Virus record (IMG/VR): IMGVR_UViG_3300020201_000026 | Location: 1-54,968 of that record | Direction: 5' to 3' (one strand) | Length of the DNA stretch: 54,968 nucleotides | Source of the DNA: a virus | Taxonomy: Duplodnaviria > Caudoviricetes | Shown here: piece after piece, positions 1-7,874 of the stretch | Layout: every line of letters begins with the position of its first letter | How positions within the stretch are numbered: the stretch's first letter is position 1 | The notes under the pieces: generated by a model | What the model was told of the DNA's origin: nothing | Databases searched by the model: none | Seen by the model: only the letters and a program-made list of their open reading frames with translations | Made by a program: the position numbers and the translations under genes

Positions 1-32
1 CGCGTTTTTTTTGTTATTTGTCCTTTTTTCAT
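1..32 (-). CDS. N-terminus of a gene truncated by the window edge; paralog of 4584-4886
   Basis: ATG at 32-30 reads MKKGQITKKT, matching KKGQITKKT near the start of ORF 4584-4886. It has the A-rich leader typical of this arm. Confidence 0.65.
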   Translation of the reverse strand, partial: MKKGQITKKT

Positions 33-61
33 TTGTTTGGTTTAAAGGGTTAATAAAATAT

Positions 62-517
62 CTATGAAAGATACGGGTTTACGAACAAGCTACTAAAAGT
101 AACATATGACCCGTTTTCTAACCTAAACACGACTATATCGTCTTTTACAGTTAAAAATGTCGCTTTCATTTCAACAATTTTATTCCACACGCTGTCAATC
201 ATCTCAAGCGTAGGAAAATACTTGAAAGACAACAAGTGCTTTTGTCCGTTTTGTTCGCACAAGTCCCATTCAACATCGTATTTGTGGGCATGTTGAATCT
301 TCAACACTTCCCACGAATCGCTGTGTGCCTTGTCGGTCATTCCTCTGGTGTATCTTCCAAACGGAATCAAAACTTGGGTTATTGTGTTTGCCTTAGTGTT
401 GTCATAATTTATTTCAATGACCCCATAAGGTTTTTTGTAGTGAAGTCCTCTAATGGTTATTTTTGGACAGGTTCTTTCTCCGTCCAACACCCATTTTGAA
501 CTTAATATGTTTGTCAT
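62..517 (-). CDS. hypothetical protein (151 aa)
   Basis: ORF with leader TTTAAACCAATTAAAAAATG, co-oriented with the arm; no motif recognised. Confidence 0.75.
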   Translation of the reverse strand: MTNILSSKWVLDGERTCPKITIRGLHYKKPYGVIEINYDNTKANTITQVLIPFGRYTRGMTDKAHSDSWEVLKIQHAHKYDVEWDLCEQNGQKHLLSFKYFPTLEMIDSVWNKIVEMKATFLTVKDDIVVFRLENGSYVTFSSLFVNPYLS

Positions 518-540
518 TTTTTAATTGGTTTAAATGTAAA

Positions 541-568
541 TAAGCAGTTTACACTCTTGCTTAGGAGT
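541..568 (-). ncRNA. small H-type pseudoknot, copy 1 of 3
   Basis: Minus strand ACUC-C-UAAGCA-A-GAGU-GUAAAC-UGCUUA. Stem ACUC/GAGU; loop UAAGCA pairs with UGCUUA. The stem covaries with copies at 8794 and 9133. Confidence 0.6.
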
Positions 569-626
569 TGTTTTAAACCTCTTTATAAAAGCGGTTTAAA
601 ACGTAATAGGTGAGGACAATACTATA

Positions 627-962
627 CTACCTATTACTGTATTTTCTCCAATTGTATAGTTGTGGGGCAAGTAAGTGGTAGCAATATTTAGCCACCGCCC
701 AAGTGTCTTTTTTCCAATTGTATTTTTCTTTGTCAAGTAATCTTGAACAGAACTGAGCTACATAACAGGAGTTTTCCTCCCAATCAAAGCAGTTGTTTTC
801 AATCTGCCAAGCTATTAAATCATAGCTTGAATGTGCATACAACCACGCGTATTGTTGCCCGTGTTCAATGAACGCTAAGTGGACATTTAACTTTCCATTT
901 TCAAATCGCAATCGCCATTCATCACAAGGCACTGTTGTTAGGTTTTCTAATTCAATTATCAT
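627..962 (-). CDS. hypothetical protein (111 aa)
   Basis: ORF with A-rich leader; aromatic-rich; no motif recognised. Confidence 0.75.
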   Translation of the reverse strand: MIIELENLTTVPCDEWRLRFENGKLNVHLAFIEHGQQYAWLYAHSSYDLIAWQIENNCFDWEENSCYVAQFCSRLLDKEKYNWKKDTWAVAKYCYHLLAPQLYNWRKYSNR

Positions 963-1024
963 GTTTTTGTTTTTTGGGTTAAAAATTAATAAAATAGGGC
1001 TTACTTAAAAGCAAACCCTATCAG

Positions 1025-3844
1025 TTATCCTAACATTGCCTGACGAAGCATCACTGCTAAATCAGATTCAGACTCTGTTTCGTCTTTTCTGTCTTCAATT
1101 AGTTGGTTAAGCAACCTGACAGCTTGCACGTGAAATACATACATACTCAAAGAGCTATCAAACTCCTTTAACACGTCTTCAAGGGCTTCACAAAGAAGGC
1201 TTTGTTTTGCGGTTAAAGAGCGGTAGTCTATCTCATCAAGATATGCGTTTATCTCACCAATGGAGTGTTCAAACTCTTGGCAATAGTAGAAGTCTAACGC
1301 CATAGTTTTTAAACTCTCCTTTTCTGACTCAGCAATATCCCTTTGGTCAGTCTTTCTCCAGTAAAAGGCATCTTTTTCTTGTGCTATGTACTTATACACA
1401 TCAGCACTTAACAAAGAATTGTACTCCACTGTAAAAGAGTCAATTAGTTCTTCAACAGACAACTTGAAATCTACTTTTACGCAGGCTTTGTAGCTGTTTA
1501 TCACTAATCTTTCTTTTTCTATTTCCTCCTGCTTTTTTTCATTAGCGACATAGTCGTAATACAGCTGAGATAACTCAGTGTGAGACAGAACACCTTGTCC
1601 TTTATAACAATAAAAGACAACAACCCCTCCTAATTCTAAAGGAAGAGTGAGAAAGTTAGACAAAGAACTAACTGCAAGCAATATCCTTTCTGCTGAGTAT
1701 GACACAGAACTACCTTTGTAGCTGTCTGGTAGTATCTCGTTAACAAAGGAGTAGTGCTTTTTAATATCCTCAATAGATTTCTCTAAAGATTCAATTATCA
1801 GCTCTTTTTGTGATTCTACACTGGCAAAAGTAGGCACAGTTTTAATAACTAATACCACTTTATCTTCTCCTAACAATTCAAGTTTGGTATTAACCACTTT
1901 GATTTGGGATTGATAGTTAGGTAAATAGATACTGCTCACTGCTTTTGCGTGAATCTCCTCTGTTGTTAAAGGAGTAGAAATCCTCATTTCAGCGTTGCCC
2001 ATTGCATATACCGTAACAGTTTCACTATCAGCGTTAAACACTCTTTCTTTAGTGAATAAAGAAGGGTCAAGCTTGTAAACAAGCGCAACTACTGCCTCGT
2101 TAAAATACGTAACGTTAGTAAGAAAAGTAGCTCTTCCAATACTTGTTACTGTACCTGTTGTGTAGGAGAAATAACTCCCTTCAGAAGCAGCCGACACTTT
2201 CGTATCAAATGCTACCCTGTATGCTTTACAGCCTTTAGCTGCAACCACAACAACGGAACACAATTGCTCAGTTACTTGCTGAGTGTCTGTCATATACCCT
2301 AATTGGCTTAGAATAATAGACAGCTTTCTGTATCCCTCAAGGGCTTCTTGCTCCGCCATATAAAAAGTCATTGACTCTTTTGCTTGGCGTACTTCTTTGT
2401 TGTTCTTTTTAGCCACGATGCTGTCGTACAACTTTATATTGGCGTAAGAAGTAGACACAAACTTTGAAAAAAACTTGTTAGTTTTATCTTCGTCTGCTTT
2501 TTTGTCTATGACTGTTCCAAATTTAGTGTACGCCTCAATGGCAAGAAACTTTGCAACTTCTTTGGCGATGCCAAGTTCCATTGCATAATAGAGAATTAGA
2601 GCTTGGTTATACTCTAACATCGTCAATAGAGGAGCAATCCTTTTACCTTTTACAGTAAAACTATTGTTGCTTTCTATTACGTCATTTGCACGAAGCTCTT
2701 CAAGAACCTCGTTGTACTCCATTTGGTTATATGGAGTTATCAGATTTTCGTTATCTACACCTTGTGATAAAGTGTTAACAACAAACTCTCTTGCGTCCAA
2801 CAAGTCAATGGCTCTTAATGGATACTGTTGACGAGAATCGTAAGAACCTATAAGAGTGTATTTGTAAGGCATAGAACCTTGTTCAAGTTGCATTCTTCCA
2901 ATACGCCCAGCAGCTTGCGCCACCTCAGCTTTTGAAACGCTGTAAGTAGTCAATTGCTTGACTCCTTTAACGTTTACCATATGTCGTATTTGACCTAAGT
3001 CAATCACAGACTTTATCCATTTAGGATACGTTAAGCCTGTACGACCTATGTTAGTTGCAATGATAACAGCTTGTCCTTCTTTATGCTGGAGATAAGCCAT
3101 ACGGTCTTTACTGTCCATTTCACCGTGCATAAGATACACAGTTACTTTAGATGAAGCCTTAGTCGCATATGCTTCAACAATAGCTTGTACTTCAGCTATC
3201 TCCTTCTTTCCAGGACAGATAACTATGAAGTTGTACCCTTCTTCAAGTCTTGTATTGACAGTTGAAGTTAGGTTTTGAGAAGTTATCACACTCCCAAACA
3301 CAGGCGAGCCTTCTACACTGAAGCTTGTAGTAGTAGCTTCCACTACATTACAGTTTAGATAAGAAGCAAACATTGTACCTTGCACAGTCGCAGACATAAT
3401 CAAGACTTTACAGCCTAATTCTCTTGCTTTGTACAAGTTGATAATAGTGTTAAGCTCTAATTCGTGAGCTTCATCTATTACCACTAAAGTAGATGACATA
3501 TCCTCTTTGCCTAATTTAGACGTGAGGATTCCTTCGGTCATATACACAACAGAAGCATTAGCATTGCTGCTTGTACCTCTTCCTGTGATATGCCCTATCA
3601 TATCGGGTTGTCCACAGCCTTCAATAGCTGTAGCAGAGTTGCTTTCTGCTTGGCTAATGCGTGGCTGCGAGACATACACTTTGCTTATACCCTCTACGGC
3701 AGTCAGCAAGTGCAGTGGCAAGTATATGGTCTTACCTGTCCCTGTAGGACTTGTAAGAACACATCTGCCAACAGTGTTGAGCTGAGAGGCAATGCTCTCG
3801 GCATAACGAGCTATAGGCAGCTCTTTAAACCATTTTTTCTCCAT
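1025..3844 (-). CDS. DEAH/RHA-family (HrpA/HrpB-like) SF2 helicase with long C-terminal extension
   Basis: Motifs in order: I SPTGTGKT, Ia SQPRI, Ib TEGIL, II DEAHE, III SAT, IV PGKKEI, V ATNIGRTGLT, VI QAAGRIGR. Confidence 0.9.
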   Translation of the reverse strand: MEKKWFKELPIARYAESIASQLNTVGRCVLTSPTGTGKTIYLPLHLLTAVEGISKVYVSQPRISQAESNSATAIEGCGQPDMIGHITGRGTSSNANASVVYMTEGILTSKLGKEDMSSTLVVIDEAHELELNTIINLYKARELGCKVLIMSATVQGTMFASYLNCNVVEATTTSFSVEGSPVFGSVITSQNLTSTVNTRLEEGYNFIVICPGKKEIAEVQAIVEAYATKASSKVTVYLMHGEMDSKDRMAYLQHKEGQAVIIATNIGRTGLTYPKWIKSVIDLGQIRHMVNVKGVKQLTTYSVSKAEVAQAAGRIGRMQLEQGSMPYKYTLIGSYDSRQQYPLRAIDLLDAREFVVNTLSQGVDNENLITPYNQMEYNEVLEELRANDVIESNNSFTVKGKRIAPLLTMLEYNQALILYYAMELGIAKEVAKFLAIEAYTKFGTVIDKKADEDKTNKFFSKFVSTSYANIKLYDSIVAKKNNKEVRQAKESMTFYMAEQEALEGYRKLSIILSQLGYMTDTQQVTEQLCSVVVVAAKGCKAYRVAFDTKVSAASEGSYFSYTTGTVTSIGRATFLTNVTYFNEAVVALVYKLDPSLFTKERVFNADSETVTVYAMGNAEMRISTPLTTEEIHAKAVSSIYLPNYQSQIKVVNTKLELLGEDKVVLVIKTVPTFASVESQKELIIESLEKSIEDIKKHYSFVNEILPDSYKGSSVSYSAERILLAVSSLSNFLTLPLELGGVVVFYCYKGQGVLSHTELSQLYYDYVANEKKQEEIEKERLVINSYKACVKVDFKLSVEELIDSFTVEYNSLLSADVYKYIAQEKDAFYWRKTDQRDIAESEKESLKTMALDFYYCQEFEHSIGEINAYLDEIDYRSLTAKQSLLCEALEDVLKEFDSSLSMYVFHVQAVRLLNQLIEDRKDETESESDLAVMLRQAMLG

Positions 3845-3867
3845 TGTTTTATGTTTTTAAAGGTTTG

Positions 3868-3919
3868 TGAATAAGATTGGATTTGAACCAATTCTCCATA
3901 GGAGCAACCTTGCTTATTC
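3868..3919 (-). ncRNA. 52-nt tRNA-like element lacking a D-stem and anticodon loop
   Basis: Minus strand: acceptor GAAUAAG/CUUAUUC plus discriminator A; T-arm AUUGG-UUCAAAU-CCAAU; linker CAAGGUUG containing GG; mini hairpin CUCC-UAU-GGAG. Confidence 0.7.
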
Positions 3920-3924
3920 AATAA

Positions 3925-3953
3925 AAGTAGGGGCTACAAGAAGCAACCCCTTA
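3925..3953 (-). terminator. post-stop hairpin (terminator or processing site)
   Basis: Minus strand GGGGUUGC-UUCUU-GUAGCCCC followed by UACUUUU, just after the stop of 3957-4379. A similar hairpin lies at ~993-1020. Confidence 0.45.
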
Positions 3954-3956
3954 TAA

Positions 3957-4379
3957 CTAAAACATCTCTCTCCACTGTACGTGTTGAAAGACCGTTGTTT
4001 TGGTAACACTCCCGTCGGGGTTTACCAGCTCAACGGACTTTCTTTCGGTGGTTGACTGAATGCACACAAGAGAGGTATGTGCGTTTTTGTAGTGGGCATA
4101 CAAGTTAGCCCACATTGTCAGGGTAGGCTCACCTGTGCAATAAAAGTGAGTTGCCTCTTCCATTATTGCTTCTGAGACTATCCTCAGAGCAAGCAACTGT
4201 ATTTCTTCTAAAGTTGCTGTTGCTGAAATGGCTGACATTTGAGCTTGCAACTCAGGGTCTACCTCTTTCAAGGTAACAATTGAGTCTTCGTGGTCTTTGC
4301 CAAATTGCGAGTTAAATCCTTCAACTTGAGACTCTGTCAAAACGTGGCTAAACGCGACAAATAACTTCTTGTTTTTCAT
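3957..4379 (-). CDS. csx20: Csx20-like CARF-related protein, putative ring nuclease / anti-CRISPR
   Basis: N-terminal LFVAFSHVLTESQ, central G-E-P-T-L-T, and C-terminal STTERKSVE...DGSVTKTTVFQHVQWR match my recollection of the Csx20 pattern (FSHxLTxxQ ... STTxR ... K.s.F.HvrFR). Confidence 0.75.
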   Translation of the reverse strand: MKNKKLFVAFSHVLTESQVEGFNSQFGKDHEDSIVTLKEVDPELQAQMSAISATATLEEIQLLALRIVSEAIMEEATHFYCTGEPTLTMWANLYAHYKNAHTSLVCIQSTTERKSVELVNPDGSVTKTTVFQHVQWREMF

Positions 4380-4510
4380 ACTTTTATTTTTAAAGGTTTT
4401 AGCAACGATGCACCTTTATCCATTTGTTTCGCACACCCGTCCTGTGTGCTACATCTACCTCGTAGATGAGTTTATAAAGGGTTAGATACAACCTTTATAA
4501 ACTGACTTTG

Positions 4511-4542
4511 CAAAGTTAGTGAAATAACTTCGCATTTGCAAA
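4511..4542 (-). promoter_or_regulatory. Bacteroidota housekeeping-sigma promoter driving csx20-like and helicase genes
   Basis: Minus strand TTTG (4542-4539), 20-nt spacer, TAACTTTG (4518-4511): the -33/-7 consensus TTTG-N19-21-TAnnTTTG. It sits just downstream of a terminator. Confidence 0.75.
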
Positions 4543-4549
4543 CAAATTA

Positions 4550-4580
4550 AAAAGCCTTCCAATTAAATCGGAAGGCTTTT
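4550..4580. terminator. intrinsic terminator (bidirectional-looking)
   Basis: AAAAGCCTTCC-N9-GGAAGGCTTTT perfect inverted repeat 3 nt after the stop of 4584-4886. A related hairpin lies at 9710-9737. Confidence 0.75.
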
Positions 4581-4583
4581 GGG

Positions 4584-4886
4584 TTAAAATGTTGCTAAGT
4601 AAGCTCTCCTTGCCACAGATTCATTCAAGTTTAACCATACGAGGTACTCCTCGTTGGTCATGTCTTGAATGAAGATATATTTTATGCAACTTCTTGCCCC
4701 ACGAGAGCCATAATACGCTTCTTTTACTTCACTTGTGTCTTGTAGCCAATGGCTAAGGGGAGTCTCCTTAGATGTGGAGCAATTAAGCTCCAATAAATCA
4801 CTGAGATACAATTTACCTATTGACCCACTTCTGCGAATTGGGTAATTTGTTTTTTTTGTTATTTGCCCTTTTTTTGACTTTGTCAT
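4584..4886 (-). CDS. hypothetical protein (100 aa)
   Basis: ORF; N-terminus shared with the truncated gene at 1-32. Confidence 0.75.
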   Translation of the reverse strand: MTKSKKGQITKKTNYPIRRSGSIGKLYLSDLLELNCSTSKETPLSHWLQDTSEVKEAYYGSRGARSCIKYIFIQDMTNEEYLVWLNLNESVARRAYLATF

Positions 4887-4930
4887 ACGTTTAAATTGTT
4901 TAAATTGTTAATAAAAAACAGTACGTTTAA

Positions 4931-4970
4931 AAAACTCTTATCAACAGTATGTCTTGGTTGATAAGAATTT
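4931..4970 (-). terminator. hairpin with U-tail after 4975-5487
   Basis: Minus strand AAAAUUCUUAUCAAC-loop-GUUGAUAAGAGUUUUU, with a G-U wobble only on the minus strand. Confidence 0.55.
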
Positions 4971-4974
4971 TGAA

Positions 4975-5487
4975 TTATTTTGTGAGGAGAAAATGACTGT
5001 TTGCTTGTGTTTTGTATAACACAAAACAGTCATTTGCCGCTAAGGCTGTCCCTGAATTGCTCCCTTTCTCCTCAATAAAATATTGGCGAGTTTCAAAGAA
5101 CACAAGGGTATCTTCTCCTTCTTTTTGAAAGACTTGGAGCATTTGTCCTTTGTCAGTCCCTACTTGGTCTTCCCAATCCTTTCTACAAGATAAGCCCTCG
5201 TAGATATGTTGGTTTATGTGATGAAACTCACACGCCATTGGCAGTGTGATTTCTTTTCTGTTTACCAAAAATGTCTCTGGATTGATTTCAAAGGACACCT
5301 TGTATTCGTATGGACTACCCTCCGAGTAGTCGTCCTTTGCAGAAATCTCATACGGCTCTGAGTTACTCGCAAACCCAATAACTAGTTCGTCGTGATAGCT
5401 TACACTTGCCATTAAGTGCTTGCCGCCCTCAATGAGGGTCTCGCCTGTTATGGCGTTTTTTATTAAAATTTCCGTGAAGTTTGACAT
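4975..5487 (-). CDS. hypothetical acidic protein (170 aa)
   Basis: ORF; no motif recognised. Confidence 0.75.
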   Translation of the reverse strand: MSNFTEILIKNAITGETLIEGGKHLMASVSYHDELVIGFASNSEPYEISAKDDYSEGSPYEYKVSFEINPETFLVNRKEITLPMACEFHHINQHIYEGLSCRKDWEDQVGTDKGQMLQVFQKEGEDTLVFFETRQYFIEEKGSNSGTALAANDCFVLYKTQANSHFLLTK

Positions 5488-5497
5488 TGTTTTTGGA

Positions 5498-5545
5498 TTT
5501 AGGGTTTAGGGTTTAGGGTTTAGGGTTTAGGGTTTAGGGTTTAGG
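5498..5545 (+). repeat. (TTTAGGG)6 + TTTAGG tandem repeat
   Basis: Read directly; lies 10 nt upstream of the ATG of the minus-strand gene 4975-5487. Confidence 0.95.
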
Positions 5546-5610
5546 CTACGATTAAGAAAAAGGCTCTTTAATTTAATTGTAGAACCCTTTTCTAATTTAA
5601 TTTTAGCGCA

Positions 5611-5982
5611 CTATACTATTGAAAACCTGCTGATGTACAGGTTTTCTTCTTGGTCTTGGTCTTCGTCTTCAAGAACCCATTCGTGGGCTATGGTTTTGAT
5701 GCGTGGGAATCTTGCGATTCTTCCACACTCAACTCCAAAAACGTACAACTCAATAGTGCATTGAGCTGTCAAGTCTACTCTCAACCCACCATATTGGACG
5801 GCATACGCCCAGTTTATATTTGTTTCTAACAGAAACAAGGCAACCTCATATTGCACTTGTTCTGTGATTGGTGTGAACTTGTTAATCCCTCCATAAATGG
5901 AGTTTTTTAACTGTTCTACCATTTCTTCCTTTTCTTCTTGGTCAGCAGAGTTGTAATTTCTGCTGAATTCATAATTGTCCAT
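5611..5982 (-). CDS. hypothetical protein, paralog of 9747-10133
   Basis: YEVALFLLETNINWAYAVQYGGLRV aligns with WEIAFCLLKASPEWAYAVQFGKLNV. Confidence 0.8.
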   Translation of the reverse strand: MDNYEFSRNYNSADQEEKEEMVEQLKNSIYGGINKFTPITEQVQYEVALFLLETNINWAYAVQYGGLRVDLTAQCTIELYVFGVECGRIARFPRIKTIAHEWVLEDEDQDQEENLYISRFSIV

Positions 5983-6009
5983 AGTTTTTTGTTTTGTTTA
6001 ATGGTTTAA

Positions 6010-6041
6010 TAAAACAGGACTTACATCTTACGACTGCCTGT
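6010..6041 (-). repeat. 32-nt intergenic hairpin repeat, copy 1 of 3
   Basis: TAAAACAGGACTTACATCTTACGACTGCCTGT; near-identical copies at 6705-6736 and 7875-7906. Confidence 0.9.
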
Positions 6042-6050
6042 TGTTAGTTT

Positions 6051-6680
6051 TTAGATAGACTTCAGCATTTCTGCGAGTTTCTCTAACGTTTGAAGTCTTT
6101 CCGATACTACGGATTGAGCAGCGTAGATGACGGATTTCAACGCACTTGGCAGGGAGGTTACGGCATGAGGGGTCATGTCATAGTCCCCGAATAAAACACC
6201 AAGAGCAACCTCGTAAGGGAGCTTTGTAAAGTCTTCCCCTCCAAAACCGTTAAAGATGTTAGCCAAAGATACTCGCTCCATTTCTTCTCCATTGATTTTT
6301 GCAGAGGTTACTATTTCCCCTGAAACTATCCTTTCAGCAACCGTTTTGCAAACGAATGCAAAAAGGTTGAGTTCACCTCCATAACAATCACTGTCGTCTG
6401 CCAAATGGTTTTCAATAGCAACATTATTAATGGTTATTGTTGCTACTTCTACTACGCTGTACTTTTCCCCCCAAAAACTTGCTTGTGCGAGACTTGCAAG
6501 CATGGGTTGTCCGTTAGGGTTGAATAACCCCTCTATAATAGTTTGCGACAAAACTACATCACTGTTTATTGCCGCTTGTGTCTTGGTCTTTGCCATTAAA
6601 ACAAAAGCTGTTGCTTCTGCTTCGGTGGGGAAGAAGTACTCATTTGTTTTTTGAGTACGTTGGTTTTTGATAGTGAACAT
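6051..6680 (-). CDS. hypothetical protein, tandem paralog of 6740-7360
   Basis: Aligns end to end with the neighbouring gene (MFxIKN..KTNEYFF, NGxPMxAxL, LPYxVAxGVLFGDY, RLQTLExLAxMLKSI). Confidence 0.85.
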   Translation of the reverse strand: MFTIKNQRTQKTNEYFFPTEAEATAFVLMAKTKTQAAINSDVVLSQTIIEGLFNPNGQPMLASLAQASFWGEKYSVVEVATITINNVAIENHLADDSDCYGGELNLFAFVCKTVAERIVSGEIVTSAKINGEEMERVSLANIFNGFGGEDFTKLPYEVALGVLFGDYDMTPHAVTSLPSALKSVIYAAQSVVSERLQTLEKLAEMLKSI

Positions 6681-6704
6681 TTTTTTACTTGTTTAAAAGG
6701 TTAA

Positions 6705-6736
6705 TAAAACAGGACTTACATCTTGCGACTGCCTGT
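6705..6736 (-). repeat. 32-nt intergenic hairpin repeat, copy 2 of 3
   Basis: TAAAACAGGACTTACATCTTGCGACTGCCTGT. Confidence 0.9.
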
Positions 6737-6739
6737 GTG

Positions 6740-7360
6740 TTAAATAGATTTTAGCATTTTTGCTAAATCTTCTAACGTTTGAAGTCTTTGCGATACTACT
6801 CTTTGAGCGGCGTAAAAGATTGATTCCAATGCGCTTTTCAATGCCATTGCTGGGTGAGATTTTGTTTTGTAATCTCCAAACAAAACCCCACAGGCAACGC
6901 TGTAAGGAAGCTTTGTGGGGTCTTCCTCCCCAAAGTCGTTAAAGATACTTATGAGCGAAACCCGCTCTTTTTCCTCTCCGTTCACTTGAACGGAAATGAC
7001 ACTCTCCCCCAATATTATCATTTCTTGAACTTTTTTTGAAATAAAATCAGAGAGCTTTCCCCCCAAAAATTCGCCACTGTCGTCCGCCAAGTCGTTGTCA
7101 ATGGCAACTCCATTGATAAGCACCTTTGCACTTTCAATGACTTCGTATTTTTGCTCCAAAAACGAAGCTTTTTCAAGGAACGCCGACATTGGCTTTCCAT
7201 TAGGGTGGAACACCCCTTGCACTATTTCACTCACGTCCCCTCTGTCAATGACAGATTGTGTTTTTTCTTTTGCCATTACGAGAAAAGCGGTAGCTTCTTC
7301 GGCAGTTGCAAAAAAATACTCGTTGGTCTTTCCTGACCGTTTGTTTTTTATACTAAACAT
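6740..7360 (-). CDS. hypothetical protein, tandem paralog of 6051-6680
   Basis: Aligns end to end with 6051-6680. Confidence 0.85.
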   Translation of the reverse strand: MFSIKNKRSGKTNEYFFATAEEATAFLVMAKEKTQSVIDRGDVSEIVQGVFHPNGKPMSAFLEKASFLEQKYEVIESAKVLINGVAIDNDLADDSGEFLGGKLSDFISKKVQEMIILGESVISVQVNGEEKERVSLISIFNDFGEEDPTKLPYSVACGVLFGDYKTKSHPAMALKSALESIFYAAQRVVSQRLQTLEDLAKMLKSI

Positions 7361-7412
7361 AGTGTTTTTTTGTTTAAAAGGCTTAATAAAATAGCACGTT
7401 TATCTTAAACGT

Positions 7413-7866
7413 ACAAATAAACACTAAAACCACGAGCAATCTTGGCTCTCTGGTTGCAACACCAAACTCACACACGGTGAGGAACTATGTGTGGTCTTAG
7501 GGTTTAAGGTAGGTTTGAGCCTATAACTTTCTTGCTGTTACACAAGCCTGCTCAAACAGGATTAAGTTTTGCTAAACTTACAAAATAACATTGGACAACT
7601 TTCATTTAGCTAAATGAAGGCTTATGTTGTCCCAATGCCTCTTATCGGTCAATTACAAAATGATAGATTCTAATTCTTGACCTTTTACAGTCCCCCGTTC
7701 ATTACTCGGGCTATTTCGGAGAATAGCAAAAAACAGACGAGGCTTATGAAGCATTTTCGTGTCTGTCTTACTCCTTACTCAGTTCTAACGTATCTATCAC
7801 AGTTAGAACATATATGCACACCTGTCTTACAGGATTCAACGCTTGCATAATGCGTTATTTATTTGT
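7413..7866 (-). ncRNA. candidate large (~450 nt) structured ncRNA
   Basis: No ORF >=60 aa; termini complementary (ACAAATAAA/TTTATTTGT); at least 8 internal hairpins; two candidate loop-loop pseudoknots. Confidence 0.6.
7445..7488 (-). repeat. 44-nt repeat (two-hairpin / three-way junction module), copy 1 of 2
   Basis: Matches 8571-8614 at 43 of 44 positions; the single difference is in a hairpin loop. Confidence 0.9.
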
Positions 7867-7874
7867 TTATGAGA

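Noticed and set aside
5498-5545. Real telomere or plant contamination
   Set aside because: Internal, only 48 bp, with seamless phage-type leader and genes on both sides.
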